Shown here piece by piece: positions 18,610 to 27,874 of a stretch of 36,769 bases of DNA. The DNA is taken from positions 1 through 36,769 of the IMG/VR virus record IMGVR_UViG_3300048672_000527; one strand, given 5' to 3'. Within the stretch, counting starts at the first letter, position 1, and each line of letters opens with the position of its first letter. The notes beneath the pieces are model-generated. The model saw only the letters and a list, made by a program, of their open reading frames with translations, searched no databases and was not told where the DNA came from. The DNA comes from a virus (lineage: Duplodnaviria; Heunggongvirae; Uroviricota; Caudoviricetes). The position numbers were made by a program, and so were the translations under genes.

Positions 18610-19609
18610 GTCAGTTGCAAAAATTAAATTAGATGAAAAGACAACGCTGGAATTCGGTGTTTCTATTACTGGTGCAGACGGAAAGCCAGAAGCTCGCTTT
18701 GTTATTGACGGAAACGACTTCTCTGTTAGTTTTCCTTGCAAGCCAACAAATGAGGGTGTTGAAGTAGAAATCCAAGGATTAAAGGATATTTTCAAGGCGG
18801 GTCAATATGATGCACGTCTCGAGATTGTTTTGGAAAACAAAATCTATACTCCACTGATCGACAAGATTGAGTTTGAGCCTACTATCGAAATTCAAACTCA
18901 GACTAAACCAGTTGTTCCTGTAAAGGAGTCCATTAAAGTAGCGAAGATAACGGTTAAAAAACCCGAACTCAATGAAAATGAGTTGCGTAAAACGCAAGCA
19001 GCTACAATTATTGCTAATGCTTTAAACTATAAGCCAGCGCTGGCGGAAACCCCAACAGAAACTATTAATAGAGCATTACAACGAAGCGGCCCAATGACAA
19101 GTGAGCAAGCCGATACTATCGGTGAAATGCTTAAGTTGGCCGAGGAAGTTGGTATTGTTTACAGTAAAGATATTAATCTTGTTATCATTTCAGAAGAAGT
19201 TGAAGAACCAGTCGTAACTATTGATGATGATGGTTATTCTGATGAGCAGTTGGATGAAATCGTTGAAAGTTATAATAGTTTTGTTGATCTATCCCCGGCT
19301 TATGAACCACATGAGTTTGGACTAACACTTCAGGAATCTGAGCTATCATATGCTGATCAATTAACAATGCATTTGATTAACGGTGGTAAATTGTTAGAAT
19401 CTTCCAGTAAAGCCAAACTAAATGCACGAGCACATGCTCTGGCAACACGTGAAATTAAACGTGATATTGCAAAGAAACCATTAAACACACTATCTACTGC
19501 AGAACGCAAGCATTTGGATGATATTATGTCTCGTAAAGGGAATGTTGTGAATAGATTAGCCATGAAAATGGTGGGACATATTAAGCAAATCGAAAAGGCA
19601 AGTAAATGA
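18608..19609 (+). CDS. Chimeric-looking protein: Ig-like N-terminus, helical module, acidic linker, basic C-terminal domain (putative head-internal)
   Basis: The helical module is paralogous to 4198-4386; LNE/ISEE/LQE/LLE linkers. Confidence 0.65.
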   Translation: MSVAKIKLDEKTTLEFGVSITGADGKPEARFVIDGNDFSVSFPCKPTNEGVEVEIQGLKDIFKAGQYDARLEIVLENKIYTPLIDKIEFEPTIEIQTQTKPVVPVKESIKVAKITVKKPELNENELRKTQAATIIANALNYKPALAETPTETINRALQRSGPMTSEQADTIGEMLKLAEEVGIVYSKDINLVIISEEVEEPVVTIDDDGYSDEQLDEIVESYNSFVDLSPAYEPHEFGLTLQESELSYADQLTMHLINGGKLLESSSKAKLNARAHALATREIKRDIAKKPLNTLSTAERKHLDDIMSRKGNVVNRLAMKMVGHIKQIEKASK

Positions 19610-21468
19610 TTAAATTCTCAGAACTGACAAATGTAAAGCCAACTAGCATCTCTCTAGATGAAAGTAAGCGTGTAGAGATTGATAAAAAAGAATACGACAC
19701 TATTCACGCACAACACCACTCGGCCAAAGCTAATAATCGTACTGGTAAGTATGCCGCAGCTAATTATGTTTATACCGATAAAGAACACGGTAGAACAGGT
19801 AGTGAAGATCGCGGTGGTGTTGTAAGTCAGACATATTCACATGATGTCCATAAACTACCTACAATAGAAAAGGCGGGTGCTAAACATTACAAATATGTTA
19901 ATGAAGCATTTTATGTTGATGGCGATGAGAATGAAACCACAAAAGACCAACGTAAGGTATACGACACACAAACCAAGGCATTCAAAAAAGATGCCAAAGA
20001 GAATGCAGCACAGAAGGCCGTGAGTGAAGCAACTAAACCAATGTCAGATGAAGAAAAGAAGAAACCCTTTAACTATGCAGAGTGGAAAGCAAGCTCCGTT
20101 AAGCCTCGTGCTCTTCCTGGTTGGGGTAAGAAAGGCCCTATCACTAAAATGGTAGCATCAATGAAAAATGTAAAAGAATCTGAAGAACTCGATGAAGGAA
20201 AAGATGTGCAATTAAATCATAAAGTTGGTGATACTGTTTGGGCAAAGACCCAACATGCTTGGTCCACTAAGACTGGTAAAGTGACTAAGATTGGTCGTAC
20301 ACACACAACGATTACCCACAAGGATGGATCATCGGGAACATATCCACACAAGGATGTTTCATTGGATTACCCACATAAAAATCCGTATCACGAAAGCGAA
20401 GAAATGACAAAAGTATCATTCAAAGAATTCATCAATGAAGGTTTGGCATCTAAAATTGCTAACAAAATTATGGGAGTAGCTCCGACTAAACCAAAATATA
20501 AAGTTGGACAGAAGGTTTCCTACGAGATGCATCCACCACAAGAAGGTGGTAGTGGAACCGGTCATATCGAATCTTACAAAAATGGTCATTATCTAGTTAA
20601 TGGAAAACCAATAAATCACCACGAAATAAAAAAGGTTCATGAATCAGAAGATCTAGGTGAATCTGCTCGTATGGCACCAGGCAAAAAAGTTTGGACTTCA
20701 CACACAGATAGTCCAAAACAAGGTAGTATTGTTGGTAAAGATACAGACAATAAAAATCACTATATAGTGAAACATAGTGATGGTGAACACTCAGTACATC
20801 AAGATCACATTCATTTCTCTAAGGAACATGCAGGTTATATGTATGAATCTGAAGTAAATGAAGCTATTAAAATGTCTGATTATCACGCACACTCCGAGAA
20901 ATCACAATTCAAAAACGGTCACCGCCCACATATTACATATAAGTCTGATCCAAAGCGTACTATGTATCTTGGTCAAGACGTATACAAAACTAAAGAACAC
21001 GCCAAGGGTCATGCTGAAGCGTATCTGAAGGGTTATGCCGATATAGGCCCAAATCATGCCGATCGTATGGCTTCAGCTTATCGTAAGGAACACGCACAAC
21101 ATATTGTAGAGGGAACAGAAATGCAAGAATCATCTCCATTTGACTGGAAGGGTAAAGCATCCATCTTCACTAAGAAGGATGATACAGTATCAACAGAAAC
21201 AGGTACTAAACACAAAGGAACATATGGTTCTGATGACCATAAGGTCAAAGGTGATGGCTCGGCGCCGGTGAAACGTGGCCGTGGTCGTCCAGCTGGTTCT
21301 TATAATGGTGAGTATAAGAAGCGTGATCCAGCAGGAAAAGCTGCTTCGGCTGCTAAGGCGATGGCATCTAAGGCAGAGGGTCTGAAAATTCGTGGTGAGT
21401 ATAAGCAAGCAATGAATGATGCAATCAAAAAGCGCCAGGCAGAGCTGCACGCAAAAACCGCTAAATAA
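19606..21468 (+). CDS. Putative internal head polyprotein (His/Lys-rich small domains, SH3-like modules, AT-hook)
   Basis: About 10 xxE(S/A/G) linkers; internal CTS-like SFKEFINE; KRGRGRP at 21271-21291. Confidence 0.7.
   Translation: MIKFSELTNVKPTSISLDESKRVEIDKKEYDTIHAQHHSAKANNRTGKYAAANYVYTDKEHGRTGSEDRGGVVSQTYSHDVHKLPTIEKAGAKHYKYVNEAFYVDGDENETTKDQRKVYDTQTKAFKKDAKENAAQKAVSEATKPMSDEEKKKPFNYAEWKASSVKPRALPGWGKKGPITKMVASMKNVKESEELDEGKDVQLNHKVGDTVWAKTQHAWSTKTGKVTKIGRTHTTITHKDGSSGTYPHKDVSLDYPHKNPYHESEEMTKVSFKEFINEGLASKIANKIMGVAPTKPKYKVGQKVSYEMHPPQEGGSGTGHIESYKNGHYLVNGKPINHHEIKKVHESEDLGESARMAPGKKVWTSHTDSPKQGSIVGKDTDNKNHYIVKHSDGEHSVHQDHIHFSKEHAGYMYESEVNEAIKMSDYHAHSEKSQFKNGHRPHITYKSDPKRTMYLGQDVYKTKEHAKGHAEAYLKGYADIGPNHADRMASAYRKEHAQHIVEGTEMQESSPFDWKGKASIFTKKDDTVSTETGTKHKGTYGSDDHKVKGDGSAPVKRGRGRPAGSYNGEYKKRDPAGKAASAAKAMASKAEGLKIRGEYKQAMNDAIKKRQAELHAKTAK
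21450..21467 (+). promoter_or_regulatory. Late promoter variant within the 18-nt element CGCAAAAACCGCTAAATA (copy 2)
   Basis: Identical to 5927-5944; upstream of the AAGGA RBS of 21493. Confidence 0.6.
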
Positions 21469-21492
21469 TATATCTTCTTAAAGGAAAAACAA

Positions 21493-22329
21493 ATGGCACT
21501 ATGGAACAATCTAGATACAGTAGCAGGTAAGCCAAAGTCACTGGGTCATGGACAAATTCAATCTATCACATTCACTGGTACAGGTACCGGTTATACTAAC
21601 GGCGCATCGTTCACTATCTCTGCTCCTCCAGCAGGTGGTGTTCAAGCCGTTGCAACGGCTGTTGTAGTTGGTGGAGCTGTTACAGGCTTTACAATTACAA
21701 ACCCTGGTATGGGTTATACTTCCGCACCTACAGTCACTCTAGGTGGTGGTTCGGGACAGACTTTTGGCTCTGTTATCTACGGTAAGGCAAAGGTCGCTGG
21801 TATTACACAAACTGGTATCACAGATACAGTTGTATTCCTGGACCGTACAGAAGCTCAAGTCGCACAAAACCGCGCAAAGGGTTTGAAGCTACCAGGTTGG
21901 AACCGTTATATGGAGTATGTTGACAATACAGGTGCTACTCGTTATAAGGTAGAAAACTTGGTTGCAATGAGTGTTCTACCAGCAACGTCTGGTGACTTGG
22001 AAGACGCTGTTGCTGTTGATGCTACATTTACAGTGACAACACAACCTACTAACCAGTCTACAGTTACTGGTGCTGCTACCTTCACAGTGGCAGCAACAGG
22101 TGCAACTTCTTACCAATGGCAAGTTCGTGCAGCTACGGGTGGTCAGTATGTTAACATTGTCAACGGCGCGCAAACAATCGGTTCTGCAGCAGGCGCAACC
22201 ACAGCTTCTCTGGCTCTGACCGGTCAAACCGCCGGTGCAACAGGTCAGAAATACCGTTGCCAAATTTTCAACACAACTTCTGGTTCTGCTGTAACTTCTA
22301 CTGCCGCTACACTGACATTCGGTACCTAA
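21493..22329 (+). CDS. Virion structural protein with a C-terminal Ig-like domain
   Basis: TQP...ATFTV.A....YQWQ...L.LT......KYRC...S.AATLT Ig signature; GxGYT repeats. Confidence 0.8.
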   Translation: MALWNNLDTVAGKPKSLGHGQIQSITFTGTGTGYTNGASFTISAPPAGGVQAVATAVVVGGAVTGFTITNPGMGYTSAPTVTLGGGSGQTFGSVIYGKAKVAGITQTGITDTVVFLDRTEAQVAQNRAKGLKLPGWNRYMEYVDNTGATRYKVENLVAMSVLPATSGDLEDAVAVDATFTVTTQPTNQSTVTGAATFTVAATGATSYQWQVRAATGGQYVNIVNGAQTIGSAAGATTASLALTGQTAGATGQKYRCQIFNTTSGSAVTSTAATLTFGT

Positions 22330-22351
22330 TCTTTAATTTGTTCCTTTCGTT

Positions 22352-22699
22352 ATGATACATAATGACAATGAGTATATGACTAGAGCTATGCACGCGTATG
22401 ATAATATACAGTGCATAGCATTAGATGAATTCAAGGAAGACTTGTTTCGTATAGTCACAATCAAAAAGTGCATAACGAAGTATCAGCAAGGTGAGGAGTT
22501 GAATGTCAGATTATTACTGAACAATTTTATTGTTCTGTTTAATGTATTTGGCCCAACTACATTTGAGCTACTGAAGTATAAATTAGATAAGAGTCAATAT
22601 CCTGTAGCGTTTGCTTTTCTAGTAAAGATAAATCAATTACCCGACGAAGAAGCGGTCTTACTAGATCAGACAGTGGTACAACAACTAAGAGAAATATGA
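22352..22699 (+). CDS. Conserved T4-like-phage hypothetical protein
   Basis: YDN.QC...EF.EDL...RLLLN..IVLFNVFG pattern recognised from large T4-like phages. Confidence 0.75.
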   Translation: MIHNDNEYMTRAMHAYDNIQCIALDEFKEDLFRIVTIKKCITKYQQGEELNVRLLLNNFIVLFNVFGPTTFELLKYKLDKSQYPVAFAFLVKINQLPDEEAVLLDQTVVQQLREI

Positions 22700-23430
22700 A
22701 GATTTTAGACAATCTAATCGCGCTTCGTATCATGTGGATATTGATAACTCCATTTGAAAAGACCGATGCATTTAAATTAGGTCTAATTGATGGTGAAGGA
22801 AACTTTATTCGGAAAGCAAAGACTTCTGAAGAAAAGAATGCTACGTCGATGCTGCACCGATTGGTGTGGCGGATCAAAAAGTTTATCAATATGGTACCAG
22901 GTGGAAGTACGCGCATTGGTTCTATGGTTGCCGCGTATGCTCTGGTCCGTGAGTGTGTTTTGGCAGATAACTATGAAGCAGATACGTTCATAATTCGTGA
23001 ATCTGAAATAGAGTTATCTGAAGAAGAAAAGGAAATTGGTCTCTTCATCGAACAACTACTTGAAGATGGAATAGCCAATGTTACAGGTGCCGCGGTCAGT
23101 ACTGATAAACCAGTAATAAAGAAACGTGCTAAAGGTACTTTCACAGTTAAGCGTGAAACCTTTGACAAGTTTAAAAGCGGTAAGACTAAATTCCGCCGTT
23201 GGGGTCATTATCTGAATCTGGACGATGATGTTGATCGCGCAGTATATCACTATGCCCGCAAAAATCCAAGAGGTATTCTTGTTCTTCAGGATGAAGAAGG
23301 TCGTAGCAAAGGTGTTCGCTATAGTAAACACGGTGGTGGCAACTGGCACAATATCAAACGTAAACCTCGTGATGTAGTTGAGTCATATATAGAGAATCAA
23401 CTAACAGATTTAGAAGTAATTGATTTATAG
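22696..23430 (+). CDS. Conserved T4-like-phage hypothetical (probable virion/head) protein
   Basis: TPFEKTDAFKLGLID.EG pattern; internal LLE-DG linker. Confidence 0.75.
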   Translation: MKILDNLIALRIMWILITPFEKTDAFKLGLIDGEGNFIRKAKTSEEKNATSMLHRLVWRIKKFINMVPGGSTRIGSMVAAYALVRECVLADNYEADTFIIRESEIELSEEEKEIGLFIEQLLEDGIANVTGAAVSTDKPVIKKRAKGTFTVKRETFDKFKSGKTKFRRWGHYLNLDDDVDRAVYHYARKNPRGILVLQDEEGRSKGVRYSKHGGGNWHNIKRKPRDVVESYIENQLTDLEVIDL

Positions 23431-23437
23431 GATTAAT

Positions 23438-23935
23438 ATGTTTGACTGGATTAACGGATCGATTGATCACATTATATTTGCGCTTATCACACCAGGTATA
23501 GTTATCGGCGCACTGATGATGTTTCTGCAAACTTTATTGCCTACTCCACTAATTCAATGGAAAATGCCACTACTTATTGGCGGTCTTTGTCTAGTTCTTT
23601 TCTTTACTTATGAGGCAGGCAGAAGTGAAGAGGTTGAGGATGTAGAACAAAAGAACAATGCAGTTCTAATTGAGTATTACCGAAACCAAGAAAAGAAGTA
23701 TGTCTTAGTTGACAAAGTCATCACTAAGTATGTAGACAAGGTTAAAGTAGTTGAAAGAATTAAAGAGGTACCAGTAAATGTTTATGTCACTAAAGAAGCC
23801 GATGCTAAGTGTATTATTGACCCTACTACTAGTGACAATATCAGGTTGCTTTGGAACAATGCCATGCAAGGAAAACTTCCCGGAAGTACCAGCTCTACTG
23901 ATGAAACAACCTCAGGAACTACAGAAACTCCCTGA
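23438..23935 (+). CDS. Rz-like inner-membrane spanin
   Basis: AGGA RBS; N-terminal TM segments, helical periplasmic region with one Cys; overlapped by a lipoprotein gene. Confidence 0.75.
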   Translation: MFDWINGSIDHIIFALITPGIVIGALMMFLQTLLPTPLIQWKMPLLIGGLCLVLFFTYEAGRSEEVEDVEQKNNAVLIEYYRNQEKKYVLVDKVITKYVDKVKVVERIKEVPVNVYVTKEADAKCIIDPTTSDNIRLLWNNAMQGKLPGSTSSTDETTSGTTETP

Positions 23936-24056
23936 TAGTCAACTTACTCTATCGGTTATTACTGATACTGGTAAGGATAATAATGCAATTGCATTTGATA
24001 TAAGAGAGCAGCTTAAAGCCCTACAAGACTGGATCAAGATACAACAGTCTAAGTGA
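23778..24056 (+). CDS. Rz1-like outer-membrane lipoprotein spanin (overlapping, +1 frame)
   Basis: GAGG RBS; KK n-region, hydrophobic core, lipobox ISG-C, Pro-rich mature N-terminus. Confidence 0.8.
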   Translation: MFMSLKKPMLSVLLTLLLVTISGCFGTMPCKENFPEVPALLMKQPQELQKLPDSQLTLSVITDTGKDNNAIAFDIREQLKALQDWIKIQQSK

Positions 24057-24083
24057 GTTCCATTCATCAGGAACCACAGGAGT

Positions 24084-24117
24084 ATTATAACAATCAAAAT
24101 TTGAACACTGAAATAAT
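24084..24117 (-). promoter_or_regulatory. Antisense promoter candidate ATTATTTC-N20-TATAAT (extended -10)
   Basis: Mirror image of the primase promoter across the palindrome GAAATAATA-TCC-TATTATTTC. Confidence 0.5.
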
Positions 24118-24122
24118 ATCCT

Positions 24123-24155
24123 ATTATTTCCCAAAAATTATTTTGTTGTTATAAT
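24123..24155 (+). promoter_or_regulatory. Promoter ATTATTTC-N19-TATAAT (middle-like class) for primase
   Basis: Same motif and spacing at 29743 and 29987. Confidence 0.65.
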
Positions 24156-24162
24156 TGAGTCT

Positions 24163-25182
24163 ATGATTGATATGTATAAACAACGCACCTATGCCTCAAG
24201 GGTTGGTGTGTATTTGAAAAACTTTAAGCAAAAAAAGGCTGAATTGTGGGAATTCTCACATTCTTGTGAGACCCAACACGGTCTTAAGGCACTAAAACGA
24301 CGTGCATACATCTATAAGACACCCGATGGAAAGCAATTAAACGTCAAGTGTCAGCACTGTGGATATAGTAAGTCCCTTGCGGGATTTATTCGAGAGACCA
24401 GTGTTTCTCTATATGATGAATATCGCCTAGATGCGTATCGTGATCAACCCGAGCGTATCGAAACAAAACCCATAGAAGAACCAAAACCCGAGATTGATGT
24501 AAATCTCGTAGGTCTTACATGTGTTAAAGACCTACCTATGTCTAGTTCGGTCCGTGGTTTCCTCGAACGTAGAAAAATCCCCACTTCTGTATACAAGTAT
24601 CTTTATGTGACCAAAGACTTCTTTGGGTGGGCGAAAAGATATAATGATAGTTTCAAAAATATTGCAGTAAAAGAACCACGCCTAATACTTCCTTATTTTA
24701 CCCCTAGTGGTGAGGTACTTGGCTTTACGTGTAGAGCTTTTTCTCCTAAGGCCGAGCGACGATATATACACTTACGGGTGAACAAAAAGGATGAATTTAT
24801 TTATGGACTCCAAACGCTTAAAACAGATCGAACGATCTATGTACTTGAGGGTAATATTGACAGCCTTTTCGTCGCTAATTCTGTTGCTGTTGGCGGTGCT
24901 AATTATAATTGTAAGTTCGTCTCCGATCATTGGAATGAGTGTGTTATTATTCCAGATAATGATTGGAAACGCAATCCTCAAGTCGGCAAGCAACTCTATG
25001 CAGCTATTACGAGAGGAATTAGAGTCTGCTTTATGCCAGATACACTCAAAGGAAAAGACATAAACGATTATGTCAAGAATGGTCTTTCTATTGCGGAGTT
25101 GCAAACCGTTATAGAAGAACACACATATGCAGGGTTAAATGCCGTGCTTCAATTTGCAATTCATAAAAAATATAAAGGGTAA
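24163..25182 (+). CDS. 61: DNA primase (T4 gp61-like)
   Basis: N-terminal Zn-binding region (CQHCG); RLILP; TOPRIM motifs VLEGNIDSLF, PDND and KDIND. Confidence 0.9.
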   Translation: MIDMYKQRTYASRVGVYLKNFKQKKAELWEFSHSCETQHGLKALKRRAYIYKTPDGKQLNVKCQHCGYSKSLAGFIRETSVSLYDEYRLDAYRDQPERIETKPIEEPKPEIDVNLVGLTCVKDLPMSSSVRGFLERRKIPTSVYKYLYVTKDFFGWAKRYNDSFKNIAVKEPRLILPYFTPSGEVLGFTCRAFSPKAERRYIHLRVNKKDEFIYGLQTLKTDRTIYVLEGNIDSLFVANSVAVGGANYNCKFVSDHWNECVIIPDNDWKRNPQVGKQLYAAITRGIRVCFMPDTLKGKDINDYVKNGLSIAELQTVIEEHTYAGLNAVLQFAIHKKYKG

Positions 25183-25183
25183 T

Positions 25184-26152
25184 ATGATTGAAAAACGACT
25201 TATTCCGGTAGCGGAATACAAAGAACCGATTGAGTTCGCCACACAACAATTAAAGGTATTCTGGCAACCTGATGAAGTGAATGTAGAAAAAGACGTGCAG
25301 GATGTCTTGGTTAATTTTACTAAAGCAGAACGACATGGTGTAATCACTACACTAAAGTTGTTCTCACTATACGAGACTCACGCGGGTACTGAATACTGGG
25401 GTGGTCGATTCAGGGAAATGTTCAACGGCCCAGAATTTGAACGTATGGCATCTGTATTCTCTATGTTTGAGTTAGCCGTCCATGGTCCGTTTTACAATAA
25501 GATTAATGAGTTGCTACACCTTAATGATCAGAAGTTTTATACGTCGTATTTGGATAATCCTGTATTAAAGGAACGAATTGATTTTATTGGTGATGTCATC
25601 GATGACAAATCTGATCTGGTTTCTCTTGCTGGTTTCTCAATGGTAGAAGGTGTGATTCTTTATTCTAATTTTGCTTTCCTTAAGCACTTCCAATCACAGG
25701 GAAAGAATAAGGCACTAAATATAGTCCGTGGCGTTAATTTCTCATTACGTGATGAAAATCTACACTCTGTAGCAGGTGCATGGTGTTTCAAGTTAAAGAA
25801 ATCCTTACAAAATCTGAGTGGTGAACAAGAAGCACAACTGGAAGAAACTATCCGTAAAACCGCCAGAAAAATCTATGAACATGAATGTGAAATCATTAAG
25901 ATGATTTTCGAGGAAGGTAGCATCGATGGTATCACAGAGACACAATTGCGTCACTTCATAGAGAGCCGGATCAACGAGTGTCTGAAGGCACTCGGATATA
26001 AAAAGGAATTTGAAGTCACGTATAATCCAATTGCAGAGTGGTTTTACAAAGCTATTGGTGATTATACATTCAATGATTTCTTTAGTGGAATTGGTAATCA
26101 GTATCACCGCGATTGGGACGAACAAGCATTTATTTGGAAGAAAGCAGCATGA
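25184..26152 (+). CDS. nrdB: Ribonucleotide reductase class I beta subunit
   Basis: FW.P.E, E...H...Y (radical Tyr), VEGVILYSNF, RDENLH, DFF. Confidence 0.95.
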   Translation: MIEKRLIPVAEYKEPIEFATQQLKVFWQPDEVNVEKDVQDVLVNFTKAERHGVITTLKLFSLYETHAGTEYWGGRFREMFNGPEFERMASVFSMFELAVHGPFYNKINELLHLNDQKFYTSYLDNPVLKERIDFIGDVIDDKSDLVSLAGFSMVEGVILYSNFAFLKHFQSQGKNKALNIVRGVNFSLRDENLHSVAGAWCFKLKKSLQNLSGEQEAQLEETIRKTARKIYEHECEIIKMIFEEGSIDGITETQLRHFIESRINECLKALGYKKEFEVTYNPIAEWFYKAIGDYTFNDFFSGIGNQYHRDWDEQAFIWKKAA

Positions 26153-27864
26153 GTAAAAACATATACGAACAGTTAGGTGAGAGACGTAAAAAGGAACAAG
26201 AAGATGGTTTAATGCCCACTTGGTACACTACTGGTGGCGCCCAGATGTTTTACGACAAATATGAATATCAGACTAATGGCCGTTCCGTCCGTGGTCAGTT
26301 TGAACGTATTGCCTCTACAGCAGCCAAGCATCTTAAAGGAACAAAGTATGAAGTCGAAGCATATGATTGGTTCTTTAAACTACTTTGGAACAGCTGGCTA
26401 AGTCCATCGACTCCTGTTCTAGCTAACATGGGTACTGAACGTGGTATGCCAGTTAGTTGTTCGGGTAGTTATGTAGATGATAGCATTTTTGGATTTTATT
26501 CAAATAGACTTGAAACAGCAATGTTAACAAAGAATGGTTTTGGTACATCATCATATCTTGGTAACATTCGCCCACGTGGTTCTAAGATTAGTGTTGGTGG
26601 TAAGGCATCTGGTGTACTACCTGTGTTCAAAGGTCATGTAGAAGATATGCGTGATGTTGCTCAAGGTACAGCGCGCCGCGGGGCATGGGCAGGTTATCTA
26701 GAAATTGATCATGGTGATTTTGACGAATTAGCAGATCACGTATTAGCAGAACCAGATGATGCTAATATAGGTTGGATTATCAAGGATCAATTCATCGAGA
26801 AACTAGAAGCTGGTGATGAGGATAGTATCCGTAGATTCCAGAAGGCGATGAAGTTGAAGATGGTATCTGGTAAGGGGTATTTTGTTTTCATTGATAAGAT
26901 TAACCGTAAGCGTCCTCAGGCATATGTCAATAAAAAGCTAAATGTATGGGCATCTAATCTGTGTACCGAGATTACTCTCTTTGCTGATCAAGAACACACA
27001 TTTACATGTGTTTTATCCTCTATGAATGATGCACGTTATGATGAGTGGAAAGATACCAAGGCTGTATTCTGGGCAACTATTTTCTTGGATTGTGTTGCAG
27101 CAGAGTTCATCGAGCGTGGTAAAAAGGTTCAAGGGCTAGAGAAGGCAGTTCGCTTTACAGAGAAGGGCCGCGCACTTGGGTTGGGGCAATGTGGATTGCA
27201 TACTCTATTCCAAATGAAGGGTTTCCCGTTTGAGAGTTTTGATGCGCATATGCTGTCACAAGAAATTGCTTCTCATATCTGGCAGCAATCAGAACTTGCT
27301 AGTAAGGATATGGCTATTGAACTTGGTGTACCAGAATGGTGCGAGGGTACTGGCTTGCGTAATACACATCGGATCGCGCCAGCGCCAACTAAATCAACTG
27401 CATTACTAATGGGTGGTGTTTCTGAAGGTATCAACCCTGACCCCGGAATGTCTTATACACAAACTACAGCTGCAGGTGAAGTGAATCGTATCAATCCGAT
27501 TCTTCTAGAGATTATGAAAAAGGCCGGGGCTTATAACAAGAAAAATATTCAAGATATTACCGATAAACAAGGTTCAGTACAACATGTTGATTGGTTAACT
27601 CCCGAACAAAAAGAAGTCTTTAAAACTGCATTTGAAATCAACCAAAAGGTGATTCTGCGCATGGCTGCTGCCCGAGGTAAATATATTGATCAGTGGCAAT
27701 CACTGAATCTATTCTTTGGTGCAGATGAAGACCCAGCATGGATCGCTGAGGTACATGCAGAGGCATTCAGAAACCCAGACATCCTAGGTTTGTACTACAT
27801 ATATACAGTAGCAAGTAATACTGCATTAACTGCTAAGAATACAGAGTGTGAAGCGTGCTCGTAA
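26149..27864 (+). CDS. nrdA: Ribonucleotide reductase class I alpha subunit (short, no ATP cone)
   Basis: SPSTPVLAN, VSC, SNLCTEI, APAPT.S, LYY and C-terminal CEACS. Confidence 0.95.
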   Translation: MSKNIYEQLGERRKKEQEDGLMPTWYTTGGAQMFYDKYEYQTNGRSVRGQFERIASTAAKHLKGTKYEVEAYDWFFKLLWNSWLSPSTPVLANMGTERGMPVSCSGSYVDDSIFGFYSNRLETAMLTKNGFGTSSYLGNIRPRGSKISVGGKASGVLPVFKGHVEDMRDVAQGTARRGAWAGYLEIDHGDFDELADHVLAEPDDANIGWIIKDQFIEKLEAGDEDSIRRFQKAMKLKMVSGKGYFVFIDKINRKRPQAYVNKKLNVWASNLCTEITLFADQEHTFTCVLSSMNDARYDEWKDTKAVFWATIFLDCVAAEFIERGKKVQGLEKAVRFTEKGRALGLGQCGLHTLFQMKGFPFESFDAHMLSQEIASHIWQQSELASKDMAIELGVPEWCEGTGLRNTHRIAPAPTKSTALLMGGVSEGINPDPGMSYTQTTAAGEVNRINPILLEIMKKAGAYNKKNIQDITDKQGSVQHVDWLTPEQKEVFKTAFEINQKVILRMAAARGKYIDQWQSLNLFFGADEDPAWIAEVHAEAFRNPDILGLYYIYTVASNTALTAKNTECEACS

Positions 27865-27874
27865 AGGAAATAAA

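Noticed and set aside
25184-27864. Intron or intein in nrdA/nrdB
   Set aside because: Both frames are continuous and short, with no insertion.
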